Shown piece by piece: positions 28,023 through 41,000 of a stretch of DNA of 64,000 nt. The position numbers and the translations under genes were made by a program. Each line of letters begins with the position of its first letter. The stretch's first letter is position 1. Under the pieces are notes generated by a model. The model searched no databases, had not been told where the DNA came from, and saw only the letters and a program-made list of their open reading frames with translations. Source of the DNA: Eimeria praecox (lineage: Eukaryota); contig OY986947.1 of assembly GCA_963920595.1 (NCBI GenBank), positions 4,836,001 through 4,900,000 of the forward strand. Direction: 5' to 3'.

Positions 28023-28424
28023 TCCTTCTTTGCTAGCTCCATCCACCTCGTCTTCAGATCCTTTAGCTGTTTCACTTTGAGCCTCTTCAGGCGTCTGCTC
28101 CGGAGAAGAGGTTCTTAAGCTAAAAATGCCCATTGCCGCAAAAACAGCAAGAAGGGCGAGGCCAACGGCAGCCGCCACGGGTCCTTTGGAACCACCGCGA
28201 GTTATGGAATGTGGAGCTTCGGCTCCTTCTAATGAGGCTTGTTGCTCAGCCGGGGCCCTAGGTTCGATCTCTTCCGGACTATGAGCCCCGAAGTCTAGCG
28301 TTCCAACGGCCGCATCTGCATTTGGCAGAAGTGAAACGTCGGCAGCTTCCCCACAAAGTCCCGCCACTGTGAGAACTGCAACCCATCCCAGCCAACGAAA
28401 TGCCGGTGAGCTTACGACCGTCAT
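28023..28424 (-). CDS. Probable first exon of a secreted/membrane protein (signal peptide, transmembrane helix, acidic segment); if unspliced the ORF runs to 27702 (240 aa)
   Basis: ATG in an AAAATG context. MTVVSSPAFRWLGWVAVLTVAGLCGEA looks like a signal peptide and PVAAAVGLALLAVFAAMGIFSL like a TM helix, followed by PEQTPEEAQSETAKGSEDEVDGASKEG. A candidate phase-0 donor GGA|GTATGC lies at 28023/28022. Confidence 0.7.
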
Positions 28425-31400
28425 TTTTAAAGCTCGCCTTGTAGAGTTCTGGGGCGGCCCCCTGTTCAAACGCCAATTAGGGATGGCCTTCTCACAAGGA
28501 GGGCAGCTTGTTACGGTGAGTACTTGGCATACAAAAATGTCAAGTGTATGCTAGTAAATATAGGCGTTTGGGATGGGCTTCTGCAAGCTCTGTGGAAATC
28601 GTACAAGAAGGCACCGGCGACTGCTCTCCCCCCCTCGGGGCTGCCAACAGCCGTGCCTGTGAGCTTCCAGCCATCTGCTCTACGCTAAGCCTGTTCGTGT
28701 CATACTTCCCACTAAACATGTTGAAACTAGCCATTCTCCCAGCTAAGTTTTTATTTTTTCTGCCCAATTTGCACTAGTTCATCTCGAATTTCTCGCCAGG
28801 TGTTGGTCTCATGCTTCCAGGTTCTGTAGATCATCGACGGGCGGGGTGGGCCGTTGCCCAACTTCCGTGTCGTCTGTCGGTATGTCGGTATGTCGGTCTG
28901 TCGTTGCTCAGCGCATATGAAGCCGATTATTTTGGCTCCAGTTTCAATATGTGCAGATATATTAAATGGCTAGAGATAGCGGTTGTAGCCAACTGGTAAG
29001 ATCACAGCGACTGTCGGCGGAGCTCCAGACCAAGCTCCTCCTAAAGGCAAAATGTTTCGGTTTTCGGAACAACGCTTCTCAAGTAGTTTCTTGCACCTAA
29101 ATATTTCATCTCAAATTCATCTGGTAGTTTGTCTGTTACTCGTACTATGCGCAGTTGCTCAACTTGGTATCAGCTGTTCTCCTGTTCTCACGCTTCTGCT
29201 TTCTGTAATGTGGCCTGCAAGCTGGTTAAGGAGCGCAAAGTAACTGTATAACAGCCTTCAACATCTTATGGTTTTAGTCAACAATGCGCACAACGGTAGT
29301 GCATGCGAGGCACTGGCTAAGCGTCCACGTAGGGGTGCCTTGCAGCTCTAGTTTCAGCAAGGTTCGTGCGTTGCAGCTCGTGGCACGCCTCCCCCCAGCG
29401 CTTGCCACCAGCTGATGGGGATCCGCTGTAGTTCGTTGGGCCGTTCTGCCCAAGATGCCTCGATTCCGGAAGTGTGGCCGCCTGCTTTGGCGGGCTGCTT
29501 TCGTTAAGTCTTTGGCTCTGTTTGAAGCACGCACTTTGCGATGCTGGTACTCGTATGTATACCTGTTCCCAGACTCACTAGGGAGGATCAAGCAAGTGCT
29601 TAAACCAATCCAGGATACACTCTTCTGTGATAGAGCATGTAGCAAAATGGCATTATTTTGCATGCATGTGGAGCTGCCTTTGCTGCACTAGCTGCAGCAA
29701 GATGCGTTGCAGCCCATGACGAGCAGGTCCACGTCATCACCAAAGAACGGTGTTGTGCAGCGGTGGCCAGAATTGACCGAGTAGGGAGAGGGAGGTAACC
29801 GCATTTTGAGAACTGTTATTTTATTTGTTTCCATTGCACCCCACATATGCCCTGCGCTAAAGATCAAAGACTCTCGTTACCCTACGCTTCGTCGCGCGGC
29901 TATCAGGGAAGTTGCCAGCGGCGAAGCTTACCCCCGGCATCAGGACAGTTTAGTGTGTAGCAATAACTAGTTAAAAGAAAAAATAAGCGGCATTCAGTGG
30001 AAAGTCTTAGCATAATCTTAACATCTTGAAAGGTCCTTCCCGAATCCTTAGCATTTTGCTCTTTCATCATGGGTATTGAGTATGACCTGAAACTTCGTCT
30101 TCAAAGCCCACCGGAATATCTGCAAGTGGTAGTGGCACTTTCTTTGTTGAAAGGGGACGCAAGACGATAGTTATGACATCTAAGCCAAGATTCGTCATTC
30201 TCGGGGCACATCAGCGTCATTCAAGCGTTCCGGGATGCCCTGCGATGCAGGTTTATTCTCACATCTGCAAGGAAACAGGCTACGGCGGTGCTAAGAAAAC
30301 CTAAGAAAACTAGATGCCGACAAAACGCTACTTCGAAAAAATATCAATCATTGGTGAACAAAAATCCAACGGTGGATGAGGAGCTGCTATGTAGTTAGCT
30401 GAGAGCAGGGCTGTCCCAGGCAGGCACGGAGGCAGTAAGTAACCGGCTGGGCATCGGATAGAGAACTACGGCGCACAAAGGTTGAACTTGCCGAGAAGAT
30501 GGTTTACTTGTGCACAAAACCCTAAACCCGAAACCGCCACCCTACCTGAAAAGAAAGAAAGCGGGTTTGGAAACGACCCGAATTTAGAGTATATGGCAAT
30601 TGGGTCTGTGGATGCCAGACCAGTGCAGAAAGGGATAAGAAGCGCTAACTGGCAGCAGCCAAACCGGGGAAAAGCAGGACTTATAGCATCGCCGCCAGGG
30701 AAAAAAGGAAAACGTCTGGAAGCACCCTCGCTGCCGACGTATCGCGCCGCGCAGTGATGGGGACCGAAGAGGTGACAGTCGCACCGGCAGATAGCCCTAG
30801 TCAATTATCCAGTCGCCTCAGTGCTTATCCGAGTTTGTATTAATGGCTACCACTTCCTACCGCTATGTGACACAGACTGTGAAATGGATGTGGCATCTGA
30901 AGCTACGGCGAGTAGGTGCATTCCACCAGTTCATCCATTAGCTCAGTCTCTGCGGCAACCCTTTGCAGGCAGAAGGCAGGACGAGGGAATCGATAAATCT
31001 ATACGCGTAAAATGCGAGCTCTATTTAGAAATTGATCATATTACTATGGCGCGAGCGGGCCTATCAAGGGCTGGAACGCATCTTACTGCAGCTAGTGATG
31101 CAAGGCAGCCACGCAAGCAGGCACAGCCAGTGCCCCTTTGCTCCATTCACTAGCATTGTAGGCTTCAGTGCAGATTACATTTGAACGTTTACATATTCCA
31201 TCGTGAGCGGATCGGCACGTAAGGATACGGGTACCAGCATCAGGCAGAGCAAGCCACATTCATCGATTTGCAGAGGCCAGAACAAACGTGTCTGCCCGGA
31301 GGCATACAATCGAAGTGTGTTTGTGAGGATCGCTTATGCGGATCAATTAACTAAAAGTGTCCGAGCCCTCCTCTATTCAGAGACAGCGACTACGATGATA

Positions 31401-32980
31401 GGTATATGCAGATGCGCTCAACAGTGTCTTTTAATTCACCTATCGGTGGCTGTTGTACATTGGCGTTTCTGGCGCTTGCAGACTCCGCTCATGTTCTCCG
31501 GATGCTGCACTCTGGCAAGAGGTTCATCTTTATTTTTATCGTGGTTCTTATGCCTGCAATAAAAGGGCCTATCAGTCCTCATAAATGGCAGCATTCCTCT
31601 ACTTGACCGGTGGACACGCTGCTGGTTGGGCACGCTCTCGCGAGCTGCGAGTAAACAGCAGCAGCAGCATACTACGGCTGCATTTCCCCGGATTATCATC
31701 AGCATTTCGCATGGACAGCCAGGCACACGATGGCATTTGTCATTTGGGGAAGACGGCGATGCTGATGTATCTTGCTCTGCGTGATGCTGCTACCCGTATC
31801 CCTGCTTGTTCGCAGGCTCTCTATGGACAGTCTAGTCTTTAACGGCAATCTACACTACAGTCTCAAAAAAGGGGAGTGGCTCTGCAGGCATGTGGCGCTG
31901 CTTTGCATCCGTTGCTGCGGCAAGGTTCGTTGCAGCGCATGACAGGCTGGCCAGTATCTTCCCTTAGTCTAGCCCCTTACGCCACTGTGCCCACGGTGCG
32001 TGGATGCTGGGGATAATCAGCTGGGGAGATCAGCATATTGGGGGGAATCATTTTCTTGACATATTTGGCTCTATTGGAGCTACTAACGGTCTTACGCTAA
32101 GATCGAGGACTAGGACCCGTTGCAACTTCAGATAGACAGTACTGCAGCATGCTACAGAAACGATCCAACGAGCAAGGACAGCAAAGCAAAGCTGATAGCC
32201 TTCTAGGTTTAGCCATGACAATGGAAATTCACTACGTACCCTCTACTGCTCGACCATTCCCAAGCCAGCTTTCTTCTTGGCTAAGGCGGTGGAATTGGTG
32301 TTCTTCGCCTCTCTGACGCATAAATCCTCCATCACTTCGGCGCGTTACATCCTTTCACCTTTCAATTTCCTCTGTGGGACCTAGCCTGTTATCGACTGCC
32401 CCTCTCCAAGGGTCAACCCTACTGTAAGCCCTGAATAGGGATGTTCTGGGTCTACCGTTTATTGGGCATCTGTTCATCAGCGGCTGGCACTTCTCAGTGT
32501 ATCACTCTATCCGCAGCTTCCATTGCTTGAGCTTCATCAGCATTTATGTCATAGCCTGCTTGCCGGCCTGGGGATAAACCTACATCGAAGCGCGCTTTAA
32601 GGCTCCCATACTCCTGATGTGCTTCGGGAAAGCAGTGAGGTTACTGACCGTTGATCACAGTTGCCATGCCCCCTCTTCTAATATGGAGAATGCCAACCGC
32701 AATTGCAGCTGTTCGGGGGAAAGGGAACGTGCAACTCGTGGGAAGCAAGGAACTGTTCCTGTGCCCCTGTCCCGCGACGTTCGTTATATCTTAAGGTCAG
32801 CATAGGCTCAGGCCTTGTTCATGAATTGTTTTGCTGTAGGACCAATATCCACTAATTGAATGCAGATGTTGTGCTTGTTTCAAGGTGGGAGGGCGCCCAG
32901 AAGTTGGTCACTTCCCCACTGAAGAGCACATACTGGGCAATCTCCAGCGTGCGAAAACGAAGGGAGAAGATCTTCGGGAG

Positions 32981-32982
<2 letters not shown>

Positions 32983-33048
<66 letters not shown>
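32983..33048. repeat. (TA)33 microsatellite
   Basis: Perfect TA run, read directly from the sequence. Confidence 0.98.
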
Positions 33049-33052
<4 letters not shown>

Positions 33053-34562
33053 CAAGCTCCTTCGCTAGCAATTGCTTCTAGGCGCCACGCATATAGCAAT
33101 CGTTGTCGATGCTACCTGAGGAAGCCTCCACAAAGCAGCTGGGCTCCCGTCCACTCCCCGTGCAACCTGCGCTCAGCAGCCCGAAGGAAGGGGTATAGTG
33201 CGCAGGGAAAGCAGCCTGTGATGAGCTGCAACGTACTTTTCTGGAACTAATGCTGCAAGGCTGCCCCATGTAGAAGCAGTAGTAAGTCCTCTCTGATACT
33301 CCTTCGCTAGTAATTGCTTGTGTGAGGAGTGTACACGGCTTTTAAACAAAACACCTGGCGCTGCATTGCCAGCTTGCGAGTACATGCGCCAACTTCCCAG
33401 AGGCCATGCTACACCATGCGCTGTAATGTGAAATCAGTTCAGATTGCCGTTCCACTCTGTTGCTTCCCTCATCACACACTTACCCACTATAGGCTTGGGC
33501 TCGTCTATCTTCCTAGTGCTGTCTGAGCTTCGCTCCATCTCTGGTTATTTGCTAAATGGCTAACAACGTGGCATAGGCTGCAGTTATCATAGCAGCCTGT
33601 AACTGCTTTTCCTGGCAAACCAGGGGTGCCTTGCACTCCTTCCTACTACTAAGTGATAAGGGTGCACCTCGCGTCCAAGCCGTCCTCTACTGAACTGCTG
33701 CGACGAGCAGAAGATCATAGGACAACGTATCCGGTTAGCTGTATAAAGTGTAGCCAAGTTTTTACCGATGATTATACCACAGAGAGCAGGCCATCCATTC
33801 AGCTAGCGTCGGTGTTCTCATGGCAATAATGTTCTCCAAGCAGCAAGATGGTTCATTCGACATAGTGCGAAGTGGCGTATAGGCGGCAAAACAAAATTTA
33901 GGTCAGCCTGTTGAGCCACACCCCTGAACTTCATGCTCAACCAGAAGGCGCCCAGTGCTCCTGCCGTGCGTGAAAGAGCTAATCTTCGGAAAGCAGCCAG
34001 CCACCAGGGCTAGTCGGTACCCTTCATAGGCTAGGCTTGCCTAACCAGACTAACTTTAACTACTGTCATCGCGCTTGAAAGCTCTGTAGCTCCATATTGC
34101 CTCCCCCCCTCCCCTTATCTCCCCCCTGTGCTCATACAGTATTCTGTAGACCTGTCTGAAAATGCCAAGTTTCTGCTTGCCTAAGTGCAATGCAACCCTC
34201 CCCCATTACCCTGGGCTACCCATCCTTCAAGTACCTCGCATCACAGTGACATCATATGCTGACACAGACTCGAAAACACACATCTGCGGTCACTACTCCG
34301 CTGCCAAAGCAATCTCAACCAGTCTTCCTGGTCCCACCGTGTTTATAATTAAAAATGCTGCTTGTTCAAACTACCATGGCAATCCGGCATTATCCATACG
34401 GAAAGCAAGAACTAAGCAGTGCCAGTTATTCTTCCTCCTCGCGCACCGCTGCTAAATTGCTCCTATATCGACCCACCAATCAGTGAATCGAGCCTTCCTA
34501 TCCTCAGCTGCACAAGCACCCCCATGCTCACGCGATCCGTGAAGGCGGGTGCTGCGGCTTGT

Positions 34563-37500
34563 TTATAGGTCCTCATCGTGTTTTTGCTGCTCCTGCGGCA
34601 GCAGCTTTTCCTGGCCCTGACGATCCAGCAAATGATTGATAGCATCGAATGCAAACTGCGCCTCCACTGCTGCGCCCAGATGCAATGCTTCTTCATCTAT
34701 AGCAAACTTCGGATGGTGCAATCCGAAAGTAGTTGGCACATGCCCTGCTTTCTGGGCGCCGCTTCTGCGGGAATTTCAGACAGCGCAGCCACACCAAATG
34801 ATGCAGGAATATGAGTGCACAACTAGTAATGCATACGTCAACTTAAATGGCTTCAGGGTATGCAGAAAACACCTAGAAGGTTTACCAAGAACTGTTCTGG
34901 CCACCGTTCACCAAGAAAAAGCTAAAAGCGTCAAGATATGCATAAAACAACAAATAATGGCACAAGCAGAGAGAAGCCGTAGGCGGGTCGAATAAATGGG
35001 GGGCACGAGTAAGGGATGGCGCTGGTGGCTGGTGGGAGGTCCGGCGAAACCAACTGAGTGAACGCACGACGTCCCAAAACCATGCCTAAAGCGGGTTCTC
35101 CTGAGATTAAATACGAGTTCAGGGACTCTACAGACACAAGGACACGAGCGGCTACTGAGGAGCAGCGCACCCAACACCAATAAACGCGAATACTCCCGGA
35201 ATCTTGTCCAGCACGAATGAAAAGTCTTCGCCGCCGTATGTCGGCTCCATAGCCTCCACTCCGCCACCGCCAGGGAGTACTGCAGAGGCAGCCTGGCATT
35301 CAGCAAGCAGAACAACAGAAAAGCGGCGCAGTCACGCCGACAGCAGCACGCAGAGGCACCTGACAAAGAGCAGCTGCGAAGATGCAACCGGCGGGCATGG
35401 ACAATGTACCGCGACGCTTGTAATGAGCGGGGGGGAGGGGATTCATTAGCCTTGCAACAGCTCTTGCAGCCTCGAAACAGCGGCTACAATAAGGCCAAAG
35501 CAGCGGCAAGACGGAGGTACCTTTTTCAATACTGCAAGTGCCTCTGGGTGTACACGAAGAGTCGGCGTATTTGTATAAAGATGGCGGACCCGTAGACTGC
35601 AGCGGAAGGCTTCAGCTGTGCGCTGGACGACCTGGCGAAGTCGAAGTTGCAGCTCTCGCAATTTTTCGTTGCTAAATGCCCTGATGGTCCCCTTAAGAGT
35701 GCACTCCGATGGGATAACATTAAAGGTGCTCCCAGCCTGGAAGAGGCAAAAAAATGTTCTCCTAGCACAACTGTCTCTGCATGTTACATCTGCATTAAAT
35801 GTGCTTGCAGTGGTGTCAATGGGTGCCTCCACGCTTTCTGGTTCCATTAATGCTTTGTGCTGCCGTCTTTGCTTGAATGCGTGCCGGCCACTGTCCAATT
35901 ATTTAATGCCCAGCGTATCAGTTCTACTCTCGCGAGGTCTGTCTTCGTCCAAAGTAGCTATGGGGGCAGAAAGAACCAGAAGCTGAACGGAAAAATGCAA
36001 GGGACTGAATGTTTCTGACCTGGATTTGGGTGACGGACACAAATCCAGATGAAGCAGCTGAGTAATCGTTCTCTCTCGCCACAAAGCTGTTTATGTTCTG
36101 CACGGCAGAAGCACATGCAGTAATAGGGTCGTGAGTCTGATACGGCATCGCCCCATGACCGCCGACTCCAATGATCTCAAAGTGGAAGCTGCGCAGGCAA
36201 CCCAGCGGCATAGCTTGCGATTAAGCACACGCAACAGGTAAGGAATGAACGAAAAGGCCGGTATAGCCAAGGCCGGGATAGACAGCGGCAAAAAAAGGTA
36301 GCGGCATAGTTCGGCGAAAGCAAGCGGCCCGACAAACAACAAACCAGAACTGCTACACAGTAGAGGCAACAGCTATCCAGAGAATAAAAGCTCGAGAAGC
36401 GCACAACGAAAGCCAGGTTAGAAGACCCGCACACAGCAGATCAATGCTGGTGCAGGGAAGCAGCCAGGGGAAATAGCAAAGGAGGGTATATAAGCAACCG
36501 CATCAAGACAGGAAGAAACGGAGCCTTACCTCCCAGTAGCAGCCATGAGGGGCCCCTCCTTTGAGGCAAAAACGCCAGTCGGTAGCTCAGGAGACACATG
36601 TAGCGCCAAAGCCAAACTTGGCCGCGGGTTTCGCTCCACCAAACCCTCATCGAGCATCATCCGAGCACCCTGGCCCCCTTCTTCGGCTGGTTGAAATACC
36701 AACCGCACTGTGCCCTAGACAATCACATACACCAGAGAAATTGCACATTTCAGCATCACCGGATGCATGCACAAACAAAATTTGCCTCCACGGCCTGCAT
36801 TAGAGCAAGCAGAAGCAACGGGAACAAGGGCAAAGACCAGTAAAACTCCTACTGACGCAGGAATGGACGAGGCATGAAACGCTGAGGAAGCACTAAATTA
36901 GACTACTGCGAACTTTAATTGAGGCCTCGTTCTTCTTTAAAATAGCTGCTGCCATGAGGAGCATTGCAGTATGCGAATCATGGCCGCACGCATGCATCTT
37001 TCCTTCCACCTCGGATCTGAAGGCAACATCTGCCTGCAGCAGGAGAAGCAAAGCAACTAGCAACAGCCATATATGAGGAAGGAGTGATCGAAAACAACAG
37101 CGGCAATAGTCCTGCCATAACAGCACGGGCTGGGGCAAGTGCACCAGCACCACAAAAAAAAGACCAGAAACACGGTTAGCAGCAGCAGCAGCTAAGCTGC
37201 AGCAACAGGAGCAATGGTAAGTACAATCGCTCATGCGGGCAGCTCCAGAAGCTTCACGAGTCAAGCAACAGTGCATCACCTGCTCGTGAATAGGAAGCGC
37301 ATCCATATCTGCTCGCAATAAGACGCACGGGGCCCCTCCTGTCCCAATTTCGGCAACGACTCCTGTCCCCGTAACCCCAGTTTTTAGCTGCTGCCGCCGT
37401 TGCTGCTGTTGTTGCTGCTGCTGCATTTGTTGCAGCTCTTCTTTATCCCCCCGCTCGGTAGACGACTCCAGCAGCGACTCATCCACGACAGATGAACGGC

Positions 37501-38000
37501 GGTCTGTGCCCCAACCCGAGGTATATTTTACGCCCAGTTCCTGCAACACCAGAGGGAGCATCAGCAGCTCCTACAGCAAGATCAGGCTACGCTGGGCGTC
37601 AGAGACGCTACACAAGGAGTGGCACCACAGTCTTCATAGTGGGAGTAGCAGCAAGCGTATGATGAAAACCTGCACACTAGCGCAAGCAGTTCCTGCTGGT
37701 GCTGCCGTTGGTGCTATTCGGTAGTTGCCTCACTGTGAGCACTTGCTGCACCAATGCCGAAGTCCGCTCCTCCTCATACATCAGTTCCGGGTATCTATGT
37801 AGCTGCCTCCGTACATTTAATCCCCATTCCTGTAGGGCAGCAGCTTGCTGCAACACGCAGCTGGCGCTTGGGGGAGATTCACATAGTGGTAAGTCAGGTT
37901 TGCTGATAGCTGCACCCGCTGCTGTCGAATGTGTTAATGATGCTGCTGCTCCTACTGCAAGCAGCATCGAGGAGAAATGGCTGTTCCCTAGAAGCAGCAT
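34563..38000 (-). CDS. Peptidase M20D family amidohydrolase (ILR1/IAA-amino acid hydrolase or hippurate hydrolase-like), 8 exons, ~513 aa
   Basis: Exons 38000-37734, 37540-37280, 37033-36914, 36714-36530, 36188-36020, 35736-35521, 35292-35171 and 34764-34563, all GT-AG and phase-consistent (1542 nt). Family motifs: RRQLHRYPELMYEE, LLRADMDALPI, MHACGHDSH, FQPAEEGG, GGHGAMP, GEDFSF, LHHPKFAIDEEAL. Confidence 0.92.
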
Positions 38001-41000
38001 TCCCTCGCAATTCTGTGCTGCTGTAACTTTGCCTGTTGTCCTCCCGTTGGCGTGCTGCCGTTGCTGGAGAGATTTGCGATAGTACTGCCGTCCCTTCTGT
38101 TAACCTGTGTGTATTTTTTCCTTGTTGAAAGTCTGACAAACGATTTAAGTCTTCCCCGGCGCTCCAGAGCTGCTACTGGCCCCTCCCCCCAGCACAATCA
38201 TGGAGCTGGGAGGGTGCTGAGCACACTTTGATGCAATGCTGACTCAGCTTCTGCAACTCAGTGTGGCAAAGTAAAGTAAACATGCAAGAAAACACAGGCG
38301 GAACCACAACTGTAACGACGCAAGCGCTTGCACATGGCTGCAGCAGTGGCGGCTTCAGCAGAAGACACCGCCGTTGCGTGGCCAGCAGCCTCTGGCAGTA
38401 GTGGTTACATAGTTGCTTTATGCCCACTTTTGTGCAGGATGAGGTTAAAAATATACCCATTTTTTGAGATGATGGAGTCAGGCAGCATGTAGTGGTCAGC
38501 CGATTCGCTGGCACTTGGCTATCTCCCGTTGCCCCTCATTGTGCCTTCACACATCTGCGCAGGACGGCGGAATTATTTGGTTCCCTGGTGTATGATGCTT
38601 ATTACATCCTGGGCTGTAGGTAATTGCATTATTGCACGTACTACCGTGAGCGGTGAGCGTGTTGCTCTCAGCTACGTGGGCACTGCGGCGAAAGCCCCTG
38701 GTGTCTTTGAACCCATAAGGCTCATATTTCAGCGGGTGAGGCTGCAGGGGGCTGCGCCATCATGGTGATTGGAATAGAAGCGACGCTGCCTAGGGCCGTC
38801 ATTGGCTGCGGGAGAGACAAAGTGCTGTGCGGGAGAGACAAAGTGCTGTTGAGAGTTCTCAAGAAGCAGCTAACCGCCCTCCAGTTTAGAGGCTTCGGGG
38901 CACACCGAGACGCTCTCCTGGTTGCAGCTCCTTCTGCAAAGCAATCCCACGTGCAAGCATGCTTAAGCATCCAATTGCTGGATGCCCTGGCACCGTAGAC
39001 AACAAACATTTCCTGGCCCTCAGCAGCCCGTCTCCGTGAGAGTGCAAAAATACGAAGCAGATTCGCACAAGCCATGCTACAAGTGATAATCTACAGCCCG
39101 ACGCGCATTTCTTCTGTCCCCCTTTTATCGGGGTGGTTCGTTGTGGCAGTTCTAACAGTGGCAGGCTGCCCTGAAAGCTTCTTTCCTGTTGCTGCTTCTT
39201 CCTTCCGGATTTGCCGCCTTGAGAAGGCTGATGCTTCCATCCCCGCTGCAACAAGGCAAGGGGTTAAGCAGCAGAAGTGCTGGTGGGACCCAGTGTCCGC
39301 CCTCTCGCTGTGTTTGTTCAACTTCAAGAATTCAGTAGTAGTGCGACGGCCCCTGATGCCCCAAGCCTTGGCAGCATTAGCGCCAGTAGGAGCTGTTTCC
39401 AGCTGGCTGGAGATAATTACAAGATGAGGAGCCTCTCGTCTCATCCAGACAAAGTGAAAATGCAAGAGGCAAATGGAGTAGCTCTTGCCGCGCTTGAACT
39501 TGTTAAGACCCCTTTTTAAGGCACCCTCAGCAGCAGCACCAGCAGCAGAAGCAGAGACAGCAGCACGAGCAAGCACTGCAACAGGAGCAGCACTAGCGCC
39601 GCTCGTATGAGTTCACATGGCGGTTTTCAGGCCATCATAGGAAGTACCACAACTGCCAATTAACCGAACATGAAGCAGCAGTAAAAGTGCAGCAACTGAG
39701 GTAGCAGCTGCAAAAAGAGCACTTTTTGGGAACCCAGACATGACGGAAACAGATATAGCAGAGCAATGTTATGTATGTCACAAAAAATGGGTGGTCCCTC
39801 TGTACCCCGCACCTCCCTTCGTACCCTGCTCAGCAGGAGCCGCCACACCGGGAAATGCGGCACAGCGCCTATTTTTCCCTTTCTTCGGCAAAACTACGCA
39901 GCGTAAGGCATGGCCCAGAAGAGGCTTGGGAGTGCTCTACAGTGAGCGGATTACCGCAGCCCTCCCGAAGAGGGGGAAGGAGGTACTATTAAGAAAGTAA
40001 GAAAACTGCAGCGCTTAGCACCTGCCGTCTACACTGGCGTGCTGGAGGAGGGAGGGGGAAAAGGGCGCCAGTTCGGTTGTTGACTTGACTCAGCAACGTA
40101 AGAGGTCAGGCATGAGGCTGCGGGGTTACGGAAAGGCAGAGGGTACTGTATGAAGTGGACTTTGGTGGGGAAGCCTACGTGCTGCAACGGAATCCGCAGC
40201 AGGTAGGGATGGGCGAGTAGGGCCAACAGACAGAGAAACAGCGCGGGCAGCAAATGCCTCAGATTGCAACGAGGCCTGATAGTGTGGATGCGCAGTGCTC
40301 ATGGATGCCCCTTTGTGTTTGCCCGTGACTGCACAATAAGGCCGCTTGGCAGGCTTGGGGTTGTGGCCGTCATAGTGGCAAGAACGGCACGTACAGGGCC
40401 CGCCTCGGGAGACGGCAAAGAGGCTTGCATATACGGATGCATGCAGGCGGCAACGGAAGCATTCCATGTGTACGACCGACATTCTACACAGGCGGCGAAA
40501 GGGAGATTTCCGTATGCTTGCCTGTAAAAACTTGGCAGCTCATCTACAAGGATGCATGTATTTGTTAACTGTGCCAAGGCGGCAAAAATGATGGATCACA
40601 TGCAGGCAAGCTGTGTGCAACTGTGCAGCACATTATGCCCTGCGCAAATGCGTGTTTGCTTCTATGCGCTAGTGCATTCCTACTGTATTGCATACAGCAG
40701 ACACTGTCGCAAGCCCACGCTGTAGAGGAATAATTCGTGTGAGCTTGCATGATCACGGAGCGAAGGCTTCCCAGCCTCCCATGAACTGTTTATTTGAAGA
40801 TCTCTCCGACAATCGAGGGCCCGCAAATGTGCATTCGTGTATGCATGCGGAACGTTGCATTTCCCTGCATACCGTCTGACGCGCTTTGAAGGCGTGAGCG
40901 CAGGTACTGGCTCAACACACGTCAGCAGCTGCTAGTGTACGCAAGATTCGAATGCATGCTTGGTGCATGGTGTTTATTTGTACACGCAGTTCTGCATGCA

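Noticed and set aside
32852..33250. ORFs with YIYIYI runs
   Set aside because: These are translations of the (TA)n microsatellite.
38173..40577. Several 80-160 aa ORFs on both strands, including a 21-bp duplication near 38806-38848
   Set aside because: No recognisable motifs and no consistent exon chain could be built. A gene here cannot be excluded but is unsupported.
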